Shown here piece by piece: positions 1 through 13,700 of a stretch of 64,000 bases of DNA. The stretch comes from Pecten maximus. Taxonomy: Eukaryota. How positions within the stretch are numbered: the stretch's first letter is position 1; the number at the start of each line of letters is the position of its first letter. The notes under the pieces were generated by a model. It made no database searches and had not been told where the DNA came from. It saw only the letters and a list, made by a program, of their open reading frames with translations. Made by a program: the position numbers and the translations under genes. The stretch spans positions 50,344,001-50,408,000 of the forward strand of contig NC_047016.1 in assembly GCF_902652985.1 (NCBI RefSeq). Direction: 5' to 3'.

Positions 1-1679
1 TCCGATTTATGATATAACCAAGTAGATACCATTGTCTAGATTTACTGAAATCCTATACTTTATGGTCTCAATACCGATCTATAGATGAGCAAAATGTACT
101 ATCTGGCTCTTTAATTTAATCAATTTTACTCATTCTACCCCAATATGCCTTAGATTAAACAATATCTTATTCAAACACATTAACACACTACATAACGTCA
201 GGCTTCCGGAAACAGAAATCGACACAGATAAACATTTATGTTTTCATGCAGAAAACACAAATACGGGAATCCTTGACCAGAGACTAACACATATATAATT
301 AATCTCTCTCCCAACATCTCCTTGAAAACAATTGGTTAATCTTCTCAAAATTCCAACCTGTAATGATACACAAGGCATATATATATATGCTTCCAGCAGC
401 TATTCTAATTTGTTCTGTGAAAACCGACACCACAAAAAGACGGAATAGAACAACATCCTTGTAGGCAATATGGGATGGGCCGCACCTAACAATTAGATAC
501 CAAAATGAATCGCCTACGTGTATTTGTAATTGGATATGTCTCTTGAACCTTCTTGTTAGGCATCATGAATCCAATCGATTTTTTTTTTTTATAAGGTCGG
601 TTAACGACATTCAAGAACACATTCAGTCTTCCTCTACAATGCGACACTCATAACCTTGGAAGTTATTAAAGGACTTGGATATTCAAATGGTACGCGAAGA
701 GGATACTCACCTAATCCTGTAGCTCGCGAATTCTGTTAAAAGGTCAAGCACTACATAGGTTGGCCCTATTGTGGCTTAATCGTCATGTCGATAAGGCAGT
801 TTCTCGGAACTCCACCGATTTTCTATTATCAAGGCAGATAGATTTTCTCTCTAACCTTTAACAATTCTAGCGTTTATGGTGTCACAGTAATCCCATTTGA
901 GGACGAATCCTTCCGAATTGTTACGTCATCATATGATCTACAGCCAAGAGTTCAGATCATATCATTTTGGCAGCTGATGAAATTTCAATGTTTCATGATG
1001 TCTCAATGTTTCTTTGTTTCATTTTCTCCCTGAAAGCGTAAAAAATGAATTCTGCTTATCATCTCTGTAAACTTGTTATGTCACTGGCTTTGTGTCTGAT
1101 TTTGCGGCGCGTCAACACTCTAAAACGCTTTAGACACTTCATTCAATAGGTACTTCATACCCTCACAATATACTGATAGCAGAACTAAAAGCTAAAGCTT
1201 AGAAGTACATTAAAAAGGATATAGAGCAGAATTGCGGAAGGAACATTATTATAAATGCGGTATATTAGAATTTTTACGACGCGGCAATAACTGATTTGAA
1301 ACAAAAGTGGCAAATGAAGGCTTTTTACATTGCACTGACAATTTCACTTTCAATAAGCGTTTATATACATAAAATATACACCTACTAGTGCTACTGTGCA
1401 CCTGAAAAATCAATACAATGAAAACAGTAGTTAAAGATAATAATTATGATGAAAAAAAACAACAAAAAAACAAACGCAAAATGTAACGCCTTTTTTGTCA
1501 TTTTGTCCATTTTTATCGTAAATATAATTGCATGCGTTCTGACAGATTGGAAGTGTAACAGTTTAGGAAGTAAACGCCTGATTATATACCAGTACTTTGT
1601 TAGGTAGGGGGCTCCCCAACCATTTGGCACTAGTACTATTGTTGCTTAAATTTAGTTATAATAAAGAATATCCGGAATA

Positions 1680-1717
1680 AATGAATGAATGAATGAATGA
1701 ATGAATGAATGAATGAA
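1680..1717. repeat. (GAAT)n microsatellite
   Basis: About 9 consecutive GAAT units read directly. Confidence 0.9.
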
Positions 1718-3669
1718 GCATGACGAGTGAGAGCCCTCTTGTATGAGGACACTTTTGTAACTGTTTGTGTTTCTCAAAAATAAAATCTATTGGAAACTGG
1801 GAAAAAATGTCCATTTTTTACATTGTTGTGTATTATATAAGTGTTCATATAAGATTTGCTGGATATATGAAATAAAATGAAGAAGTGTTATCCCCATCAT
1901 ACAATTTTAAGCTTGAATTGAATGTCATTTCATGGGTCTTAGATATGAACAAATCACACATTTAGGAGGTTTGCATGTTTCAAACTTTGTAGGAAATCAT
2001 ATCATTTTACAGGATGTTACTCTCATTTTTATTTCATTCAAAGATTGAGGACTATCATTGTCTCTTCATTGTGATAGGCACATTGTAATATTCTACTTTC
2101 GTAATTGGAAAAATAGTAGTTTTGTTAATATTTACTAATATCATACTAATCTTTATTCATTTTTTTAATGATTATTTCACTGGGACAGATTATCTTATGG
2201 CATTTTTACCAAGTGAAATATCGAAAATTATTCATTCTATAAAAGTGATCATGAAAAATATCACTTCTTTATTTGACCAATCAAAAACTGCTTACAAACG
2301 ACAATCGAGAAAAATAAAAGCTGACCAAGTACATTCTACTATAAAAGTGTAATAAAAGTATAGCTAACAGTATCTTCAGTAATACCAAATATATTTCACT
2401 CGTGTGGCTTTAATCTTGATATCTTGCACTTGTGAAAAATATCAAAATATTAGCCCCACTCGTAAAATAAATTTGTATTAGGGACGACACAATTAGATAT
2501 ATTCTATATATTTATATAACTGTATAAGTTGACATGTACTGCTATCATATTTCATAGTATAAAAGAATCATCCAATCCGTTCATGGTTGTCTCCCTTCTA
2601 CCTGTTCTCATACCATATATATCAAATCCAAAATACTATGCTAGATAAATGACAAATTAGTGAAGATCAAATTTAATGTCACTTCTTTTATTATGTTTCA
2701 GTCAAACAGTGTGTTGATTTTAACATTAAACATGATAATATTTTATGTAAGATGGAAGATTTTCCACTCCTAAAACATAAATGTATGTATATTTCATACA
2801 TTGCAAGAAAGATAACTGTAATTTCAGGGAAAACTGTTCTAGAATTGTCTTTAGCTAATCGTCATTTATTTAATTTAAACATACGCTATGTAATATTCAA
2901 TTCGTGAATAAATATAGACTAACAATATACGGGGCATTTATAAAATAACAATAAGCAGTGAAAGTATAGGAAATATATATGAAATAGGTAGGCTATATAA
3001 TTTTCTTTCTTGTTTGTCCAACTAAATTTTCATTTCCAATTACCTGTAACTAAGTGAAGTCTCTATCGTGATAAACATTGTTTGCTTAATTGTTTTCTTT
3101 CACCAATACAAGGACAGTAATGTCCTCTGACCAAGACAAAATAGTCTTTATTTTTTCTTTATCATTACGATTTTTCTCTTTGCTTAACGTTTTCTTTTCT
3201 GCTTGCTTCCTTTCTTTAAATACAGTGTAAAAGTAATATTTGGTAAATCCATCAACAGATGGAGTAAGGTGTGTGTATGTGTGTTAGATTTCTGCAATTT
3301 TATGATACTGTAATAATGATTATTATTTCTGAGTATAATTGTATACTATGTACTTTACGCGGTATGAACACCTTTGAAAAATAAAACAAATACAACAAAA
3401 AAGACAAAATAGTCAAAGTTGGCACTTACTGCTTTCTGCTTCATGTTCATTTTGAATTATGGCAGTAAAATCGGTATGAACGTTACCATTTAATGAGGAT
3501 GGGTTGGATTTCCAGATTATGAAGTGACCAATGATTGACCACATCTTCTTTGGTCATCGTCTTCATATGACCCTACATGTTTATTTCACTGGGAAAGCTG
3601 TTCTAAAAATGTCTTTAGCTAATCGTAATTTACTTTATCTAAACATACGTTATTTGATATTCAATTCGT

Positions 3670-5145
3670 GTTACCATCTCTCAGACTTATTGTTAACATA
3701 TCTCAGACTTATTGTTACCATCTCATACACACTGTTGTTACTGTACCATCTCTCAGACTTATTGTTACCATCGCTCCGACTTATTGTTACCATCTCGCAG
3801 ACTTGTTGTAACAATCTCTCAGACTTATTGTTACCATCTCGCAGACTTATTGTTACCATCTCGCAGACTTATTGTTACCATCTCACACACACTGTTGTTA
3901 CCATCTCGCAGAATTATTGTTACCATCTCGCAGACTTATTGTTACCATCTCGCAGACTTACTGTTACCATCTCTCAGACTTATGTTACCATCTCTCAGAC
4001 TTATTGTTAACATATCTCAGACTTATTGTTACCATCTCTCAGACTTATTGTTACCATCTCATACACACTGTTGTTACCATCTCTCAGACTTATTGTTACC
4101 ATCTCATACACACTGTTGTTACCCTCTCGCAGACTTATTGTTACCATCTCACACACACTGTTGTTAGCATCTCTCAGACTTATTGTTAGCATCTCTCAGA
4201 CTTATTGTAAGCATCTCTCAGACTTATTGTTACCATCTCATACACACTGTTGTTACCATCTCATACACACTGTTGCTACCATCTAATACACACTGTTGGT
4301 ACCATCTCATACACACTGTTGGTACCATCTCATACACACTGTTGTTACCATCTCATACACACTTATTGTTACCATCTCTCAGACTTATTGTTACCATTTC
4401 ATACACACTGTTGTTACAATCTCGCAGACTTATTGTTACAATCTCTCAGACTTATTGTAACCATATCATACACACTGTTGTTACCATCTCTCAGACTTAT
4501 TGTTACCATCTCTTAGACTTATTGCTACCATCTCTTAAACTTAATGTTACCATCTCTTAGACTTATTGTTACCATCTCTTAGACTTATTGTTACCATATC
4601 TCAGACTTATTGTTACCATATCATACACACTGTTGTTACCATCTCTCAGACTTATTGTTACCATCTCTTAGACTTATTGTTACCATCTCTTAAACTTAAT
4701 GTTACCATCTCTTAGACTTATTGTTACCATCTCTTAGACTTATTGTTACCATATCTCAGACTTATTGTTACCATCTCATACACAATTGTTACCATCTCTC
4801 AGACTTATTGTTATCATCTCATACACAATTGTTACCATCTCTCAGACTTATTGTTATCATCTCGCAGACTTATTGTTACAATCTCGCAGACTTATTGTTA
4901 CCATCTCTCAGACTTATTGTTACCATCTCTCAGACTTATTGTTACCATCTCACACACAATTGTTACCATCTCTCAGACTTATTGTTACCATCTCTCAGAC
5001 TTATTGTTACCATCTCACACACAATTGTTACCATCTCGCAGACTTATTGTTACCATCTCGCAGACTTATTGTTACCATCTCTTAGACTTATTGTTACCAT
5101 CTCTCAGACTTATTGTTACCATCTCGCAGACTTATTGTTACCAAT
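3670..5145. repeat. 22-bp minisatellite (ttgttaccatctctcagactta) with 21- and 23-bp variants (…ctcatacacaa / …ctcatacacactg)
   Basis: Unit read directly over ~1.5 kb. It explains all overlapping ORFs between 3531 and 5243. Confidence 0.95.
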
Positions 5146-7767
5146 TCGTACACAATTATAATCTTAGAGTACACACGCTATACTGGTCATTTAAGTCTGA
5201 GGAAGATAACAGAGCGTTTTACTGTCCTTACCAACCTGAATAATATGTTTCATATTTTCTTAAGTAAGACGTTGAAAGGGAAATTCTGATGTCTTTTCAA
5301 GTACATTTGTATCAACTCTGTCGATATATTGTGTGCCCGTTGAGTATAACAGTTGCATATATATTGTGTAGATGACCGTTTATTTTGTAGGAAGTGTTCT
5401 TCTTTTATTAATAAAGAATGGACATTCAAAGAAATTAACGAAAAGAAATGTTCAGATGATGTCCACAATTACAACTAGGGGAATAAGATAAATGAGCATT
5501 TTATAAGACCTAGTTTAAATTCATAACATTATTTTTGAGTTGAGGATATTAACTTCCCTAAAACATCAGATACTTGTTTGTCGTGGTTTTGCAGTAGGTC
5601 TTTTCAACTGTAAAAGAATTGCAATGTAAGCAATTAAAGAATTGCATTTATCATATTCTTTGAAGGTAAAAGGGAAACTAAATGGCGAACAAAACATTAT
5701 ATGTTCCCTAGATTGATATCAGTTTGTTTAATTGTCATTGATAAATGGGTCTATGATATATATGTTCGCGAGTAAAAGTGTAACATTTTACACAGTACGC
5801 TTTTGTTTGTGTCTTCTTTCTGTCAATGTTTCCCATTGTAGTTTTGGTATCTGTTAATTGCTCTAAATCAGGAAAGCAAGCTGCACATGAACAACAGTCA
5901 TTTCAAGTTAAAGCTTTATCAGATAAATGTTCTATGCTGGCCCCGTCATGAAAAAAAGATGTATGATTTCAGTTTTGTTATTATTCATTAGGACTCGCTT
6001 TGCCATTCCACCATTTGGGAATAAGGAATTAATATTTTTTTGGTTTTTTTTGCACTTTTTAATTATTTGCTTCACTTAGGATATTTCTGATTTTTACGAC
6101 AGTTAAGATATAATACTCACTTGAATTAATTTACAATAGCAATGTATATTCTACACCATTTATCAATGACATTTGCGCTTCAATTCACTCTTCCTTAAAA
6201 TCCCATAGATTGTGTTCGCAGCCCATGCGAGTTTCCAATATCTAATACTTGACATCCGATGTGGATGATATTAATATTTTTCCCTAATATGATCTCACAT
6301 TTTTTACCTTTGTATTACAATCTATATTTTTCTACAATCTAATATAAAAAGAAAAACATTGAAATTAGAAATGCAGAAATGTTATATTAACATATATATA
6401 TTTCGGTGTACAATGTATTTCAGTATAACTGTATCTTTGCCTTTGATGTTATTGGATCCCATTAAATCGACGATAATCTCGATTGGTGGTTACATGACCA
6501 CTGTTTATCTTGATCTATAAACAGGATTGTATTCATATTGTCAATAACTGCAATCTGACGAATGTTGTATGGAGACAGCTTTTCAATGTTTCTAGTTTAA
6601 AGGTCATATACATAACAAATCCAGCGATATGTTACAAGCCTATAATATGGTTTATTTAGCAGAAGTTACTTGATTAATTGTTTGTTTATATCATGACTAA
6701 CCATGAGTCTTGCTGCCTCCTGTTATTTGTTAAGCTGTTTGTAAATTTCAACAAAATATACTAAAGTTGCATGTTTCAGAGGGACCCAATAGCTCATTTG
6801 TATCATATATATTAGACGATATAGCCTTGCCATGTTGCCTTTAGCACACAATATGAGCAATGGTTTGACATAAAACCTTGTTATGCCGATAAACAGTTTT
6901 CTCAGAAACCGGATGTTATTTCCATCTTCTAATAACCGAAACGATACTTTCGGAATTGAAAGTCGATAGTCCTCTAAATAATGAACAATTATGGCATTCA
7001 AGGAGGAATTTCAAACATAAAAATACTCTCATTAGACACTATCAAAAACTCTTGACATGACAAGAAGACTTTTCAGAAAAAAAGTCCAACCGCTGATTCA
7101 GGGTAAGAGATGCATATTTCTAAAAAAAAGGATCGATACTCTCCAGTTAAACAGCTTGTCTTTAAAATGTCCTTTTTAATATGAACAGTTGTCTTAAAAG
7201 TATGATAACTATAGGATAATTTGCATTTCAAGATCATAACAAAATAAGTATTATACATCATAAAGTAAAATCCGATCCAACAAATGTTCCTATTGGGCGC
7301 TATAGACAGTTGTATGTATAACAGATTGAAGATTTCCAGGTTTGTATTTGCATCCTACCACAAAATAACTCTAAAGAAGTAACTGTTTCTACAGCAAATT
7401 ATTAGTGATAAAAGTTATAAGAAACTACAAGTCTAATCATATCATATGACGTAGCTTTGTGCAAATTAGATATTTATTCGTGTTTAAAATTCAAGATTAT
7501 TCTCCTATATAGTTGTCCCTTAGCAAGTATCAAACATTCAGTAGCATGTCCCCTGACATTATTGGTCGTATCATGAATCTATTATAAGATGATTTTATAA
7601 AAAATCAGGGCATATACTTCGATGTTAAATGCTACTTTACGTATGACCTCTGACGGCAACGAGGACGTTTAACACAAAGAGGGAAAGCATGACCACGCAT
7701 AACCTTCATAAACTTGTCTCCTGCCGGGCAGGTGAATTTATCAGACTCGTTCTAACCGATATCAAAT

Positions 7768-10700
7768 ATGGATTGTAACCATTCAAACGGTGCCGAAAGA
7801 TCAGGAATGCATAAAGAAAAGCAAGGAAATACTAAGAAAGAAGAATGGGGCCGGAAGTTGGACTATATCTTAACAATTCTCGGTTTTCTCGTAGGATTTG
7901 GTAACATCTGGAGGTTTCCGTATGTCTGTATGAAAAATGGCGGAGGTACGTTACCTTATCTACTTTGACTACTTTCAATTTTCAGCGAAGTACCGTGTTC
8001 TTATTGTTGATAAATTGATATTTATATTACATATATAAACTGTGTATAAAAGGAACATTATGTAAAAAAAATATATTATAAGGTTAATAAAATAAATTTT
8101 CATGCGACTGAAATGTATACCGTCTTTAAGATTTGCAAGGATGGATAAGAATTAAACCCGTGTACATTCCTCGTTCTTTGTGTAATTATTAAATGAAATA
8201 ATTAAATAAACATAAGATAAAATAAATACATGAAATTTTGACATTTCAATGAGTTTATCTTTAAAGAATGGCTTTATCATTTATATAATGTTGATTTGTA
8301 GGAGCTTTCCTGATACCGTATGTCCTGACGCTATTCTTCATGGTTGCTCCGTTATATTTCTTGGAAGTTTCTCTAGGACAGTTTTCCGGGAAGTCTTACC
8401 GAGATGTTTGGAGTTATTGTCCACTAATCAAAGGTAACACCATAAGACTTTCATGAATGAAGGACCTCACTTCCTGAAATGATATTTTGCCTGCTAATTT
8501 TTGGTTTATGGCGCTAAATTCACGAAAATGACACTTTAAAAATGTCCCAATTAAGGAAGAAAATCTAGTTGCTTAATCAGAATAAAAAAAACCAAAAAAA
8601 CCTTGACTAAATATTGGAAGTTTTGCTTATCATACTGATAAACGAGTATGGAGTGAATAACATGAGGAATTTTATCAAGTCAAACATTATATTTCTTTTA
8701 ACAGAAATTCAGTTGTTTTGCTGTAGATATCGATTCACATGATACACTTAAAATGTAACATTTCATCACAGAGGAGCCTATTAATGCTTTATTCATTCTG
8801 TACCTAGGAATGGGTTTAGGTATACAAATCATGGTTCTGCCCGGATTGTGCTACTACATCATGCTGCTGGCTTGGGTATTTAATTACATGTACTACTCTT
8901 TCCAATCCCCGCTACCCTGGAGTACGTGTGGAAACGAATGGAACACGCCTTACTGCTTCAGTTTTGCGGACAACAAACAACAGCAACTGATGACAAACCT
9001 TTCTACCACGTATAGTCCAAACTCTACAGGTCAAGGCCTGGATAACTATACAATGCAATACAACATCAGTAATATTAACGACCAGTTCATGTCAAAGGTC
9101 AACTCGAGTCTGACGAATGAGACATTAGGGGCGATGAAAGGTCACAGTGCGGAGGAGGAATTCTGGCAGTGAGTGTTATCAGGACATTTTCGTAATGTCG
9201 TATTTGTCCATATTTTTTATAAGATAACAAATGCAGCATATGAAATGACCATAATTGACAAATAGGATAGATAAATGAAACAGAAGTTTAATTTGTCGAA
9301 AATGTATTCTTTTTTGGCTCCAAAATCGCAGAGAATTGCCTTTGATTGCATCTGTCAAAAACAATAAGTCAGCACCCATGCTGTTTAGCCTTTGTGGCGT
9401 TCTAACGTCACACTCTATGTCTTACATACGTAAGCATATGGCGTCATTTTAGATTTATTTCAATATACCAGATTTTGATTTTTTGTTTATTTATGGAGGA
9501 ACATGTTATGTCATATGTCATATACATTTGTATAAGACAAAGCAGCTAATCTTTACATTTAAATGTGTTATTCGTCCGTTTATGTTGATGTGATTTCTGC
9601 TCTTTTAAGTTATCATATCGTCTTTGTACTTTAAAAGTGAATGTTTGGTTTAAATGACGTTCACGGATTACAGGTACGCTGCGTTTACGTGCCAGCACAA
9701 AAATTAATCATAATGTAAAATTATTTTGAACTGCTTTTCTCGGCAGGTTGCCGTTTGTGATACATTTCAACGAGATTTATGATTAAAATCAAGAAATAAA
9801 TGTAGCCCCAATCGCAAGAAAATGTGCGTGAATATATTCATTTGATAATTTTAAGAATCGAGTAAAGACATTGAGTGTGAGTCCTTTTTAAATTGTATAT
9901 ATATATATATATATTGTAGATACAAGGTGCTAGACATATCCGCTGGACTGGAACACATCGGTTCGCTCAATGGAAATTTAGTATTATGTGTAGCCATGGC
10001 ATGGGTTGTAATATACTTGTGTGTTATTAAGGGCATCAAGTCGACAGGAAAGGTAGAGCAACATAGCCACTTTACAGGGACGTGTCTGTAATTTACGACG
10101 GACGACCAATTTTCTTGGTCCTCTCATCGTCTAAGCTTCTTTCGTGTCTTTTTACTTCTGACTTTGTTCCTGATAATTCAATTTGCTTCACAATTTCTCT
10201 TTGATAAATACATCTTTGAGCTCAATGATATCTGGGATCCTTATCCTATCCCATTTTCCCCTATTTCCCCATTTTTCCCTGTATTTTCCTTTCTGTTCTG
10301 TATTCAGATCCTTTCTTTCCTCTCTGCTCTGCTATATGTCTTTTTCTTTTATTTGGTTCCATCTTGACGCCTGTCCTCATATGACCCTGGCTATCAGTGT
10401 CACCTTGAGAGCAGTCCTTAAATGACACTTGTTGTTAATGTCACCTTGACAGCAGTCCTCAAATGACCCTTGTTGTCAGTGTCACCCTGGCGCCCGTCCT
10501 CATATGACCCTGACTGTCAATGTCACCTTGACAGCAGTCCTAAAATGACCCTTGTTGTTAGTGTCACCTTGACGCCCGTCCTAATATTACCCTGGCTGTC
10601 AATGTCACCTATACAGCAGTCCTCAAATGAGCCTTGTTGTTAGTGTCACCTAGACATCCGTCTTCATATGACCCTTGCTGATGATGTCCCCTTGACACCC

Positions 10701-13700
10701 GTTCTCATCTGACCATTGCTGTTAGTGTCACCTTGACACCCGTCCTCATCATTTCAAGATAAGTTTTAGCAAACTTCTTCATCCGGTTGATATGACTATA
10801 AGAACATAATTATCTACCAATAAGTTTTTGCGTATACATTGTCGAGCTAATAGAACAGAAATTGACATGAAATGTACTTACAATAGTTAATTGTTAATAA
10901 AACTAAAATGTGCTTGTTTCCGTTATATCATTTTTGACACATTGATGTTTTTCATGTATAGCAACTAGATAACTATCAGGATACACTACGTTTCTGTTCC
11001 TTTATTCACAAAGGATAGCATATGTCACATAGGGAGTCATTATCCGTAGTAGAAATATTACCAAAGGCCCGGGAAGTAGCTGAATATGAGCTGGTGAAAT
11101 ATCAAAAGTAAATATATAATTTGATTTGGTATACTGAACACCAAGGATATCTGTTCATTTCATATTGTTAAAAAAACTTCTCTGACGTCATTGATAAAAA
11201 TTGACAAGCTTGACTTGTTGGTCAAAGCAATTTGCAAACAGACATAAGGAGAGTGACATAGCCTCTAGTAACATGTATATCTAAGTAATGTTGAATAATG
11301 TATTAGCATTGTTGTCTAATAAAATAAGCAATCATAATACTTATAATAGAACCATCAAACTGCTTTTGCCAATGACGTCACATTTCGGTTTCATTATACC
11401 CTTTAAACTGTTATGACAGGTTGTGTATGTCACCGCCACGCTCCCTTACCTACTTCTTGTAACCTTACTCGTCCATAACCTTACGTTACCGGGCTCTTTG
11501 GATGGTGTCATCTTCTTCATCAAACCAGACTTCAAGTCTCTATTGAACATACAGGTAAGCTTTACGCTGTAAAATAGCCTTTTTACCATTTTACTCAGTG
11601 TTTTCATAATCATCCTTTTCATCCTTATGTCTAGCATACGTTGAAACATAGCTTTTTTTAACCATTTTACGCAGTAATTTCATAATCATTCTTTATATCA
11701 TAATGACGAGCATATGTTGAACAAAAGTTTTTAACCCAGCCATTCTTTTTATGCAAGTATATGATTTTATATTAGGAATTTCCAAAGTGTTCATTAAGAT
11801 TATATTTTCAAAAATATCTAGTCCTACATATTCTTCATATTCAAAGCTTCGATGTTTGCTTATTAGAGCGTACTGTTCTATATTGATTCAAGATACACTA
11901 CAATATCACCAATTATGCACTTCATTAAGCATATTAAGCATATCCATCAACCTATTTCATACTCGTTTAGGTTTGGCTGGAGGCCGCTATACAGGTTTTT
12001 TATTCCGTGTGCACAGGCTGGGGACTGCACATCACACTGGCAAGCTACAGCAAATTCAATAACAACTGTTTCAGGTAAGATATATAGAGCTTCCCATTTC
12101 ATATTATACATATATATCATGGGTGTCTGTGTAATATTCCAGAAAATTTGAAATAGGTCGATTACCAAAATTTGAAATAGGTCGATTACCAGTACCTCGT
12201 GACATCCATGATATATTTGTTTTATTACATAATCACTAAAACGTTCTTAGAATCACAGAAATCTCGACTTTCCTGTGGGCCTAGAAGTCACCATGACTGT
12301 CGTCTGGCAGTGTTGACATCTGAGTGACCAAGACTAAATTCCGAAACGTCACAAATGTTTAATAGTTCGCACGTGTCAGTGCAATAGTCATTTTAGCCGT
12401 GCAATAGTTCAAAATATACTTTATGCGTAAAGTTAAGAAAATCAAATGTTTAATGTACTGAAAGATTTATGAAACGAGCACTAGAAGTTTTTTCTTCTCA
12501 TTTTTTGCAAGATTTAAAGATTTTTATCAAATAAGATATAATTTAGATAATTTAAATGCTAAAAATGCACAGGACAAAACGATTTTGTTATGTCAATGCC
12601 TGATGTAACGTTACCGTCCATATGATTTTTCAATGAAAAACGCCTAAGTGTATACAACATTATGACAAATTCAAAAATATAATAACAGACCGATTATATG
12701 ATAAAATCACAGTCACACCTACATACACTATTTTCAACAGGTTGTGTCACAGGTCATTCAGCTTTTCAAGTGACATTCGCACATGCAGTCTGAATTTATC
12801 TTTTTTAACATATTTACTGATATATGTTTTGTTACACTCAGAGATGCCTTTATAATGGCAATCGCCGGAGAAGGAACCAGTGTATTTGGTGGGTTTGTTA
12901 TTTTTTCTGCACTTGGATTTATGGCGCATGAGGCGGGTGTTCCACTGACGGAAGTGGTCAAATCGGGTATGTTGATTTACAGCCACCTTCAGATAAATGT
13001 CGATGTGTCCTATGGTCTGACGTACATTGCAATATTTTATTAACAATAAAAAGGCAAGGCCAAACCTAAAAGTAAGAAAGTATGAGAAAGTAAATAAGCA
13101 AATAAAAAGTTTCATTTGAGAGTATGGTAGATGCTACTGACTATTCCTTTTTCCTCTGGAATCTTACGTTTATGTCGCTGTCAACATCTGGTATGCATGA
13201 GGATCACATAACGAGAAAATACTCTATTTTTTCTATTGTTATGTTTTAGGACCTGGTTTAGGATTTGTTGCCTATCCTATGGCTCTAGCACAGATGCCCC
13301 TCCCCAATCTCTGGGCTGTGTTGTTCTTCATCGCCATGATAACACTGGGGCTGGACAGTCAGGTAAAAACCTTTTTGCTGTATTGAATCAGGAAATAAGT
13401 ATATTGAAATGAATTTATTTTATCGTCATTGTTGAAATATTATAATCCTCAGTGTATTATAAACAGCATCCAATTTACTACACTATCTAAAACGAGGGGA
13501 AGTAAGGGATACAACAGCAAGGTTAGAAACAGTTTTACAAGTAATCTTGATTAAGGATTTAAAAAAGTAATCTTGATTAAGGATTTAAAAAAAGAAAGAA
13601 AACTGCATATCTATATCATAAGAAATTAACGTAGAAGGATGTGACTTTTATCATGCGTTCCTTTTTGCAGTTTACCATCACGGAGACTGCATATGTATAT

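Noticed and set aside
711-1030. Minus-strand segment bounded by acceptor- and donor-like sites
   Set aside because: All three frames contain stops and there is no recognisable protein.
3531-5243. Many overlapping 60-166 aa ORFs
   Set aside because: They are translations of the 22-bp minisatellite in several frames.
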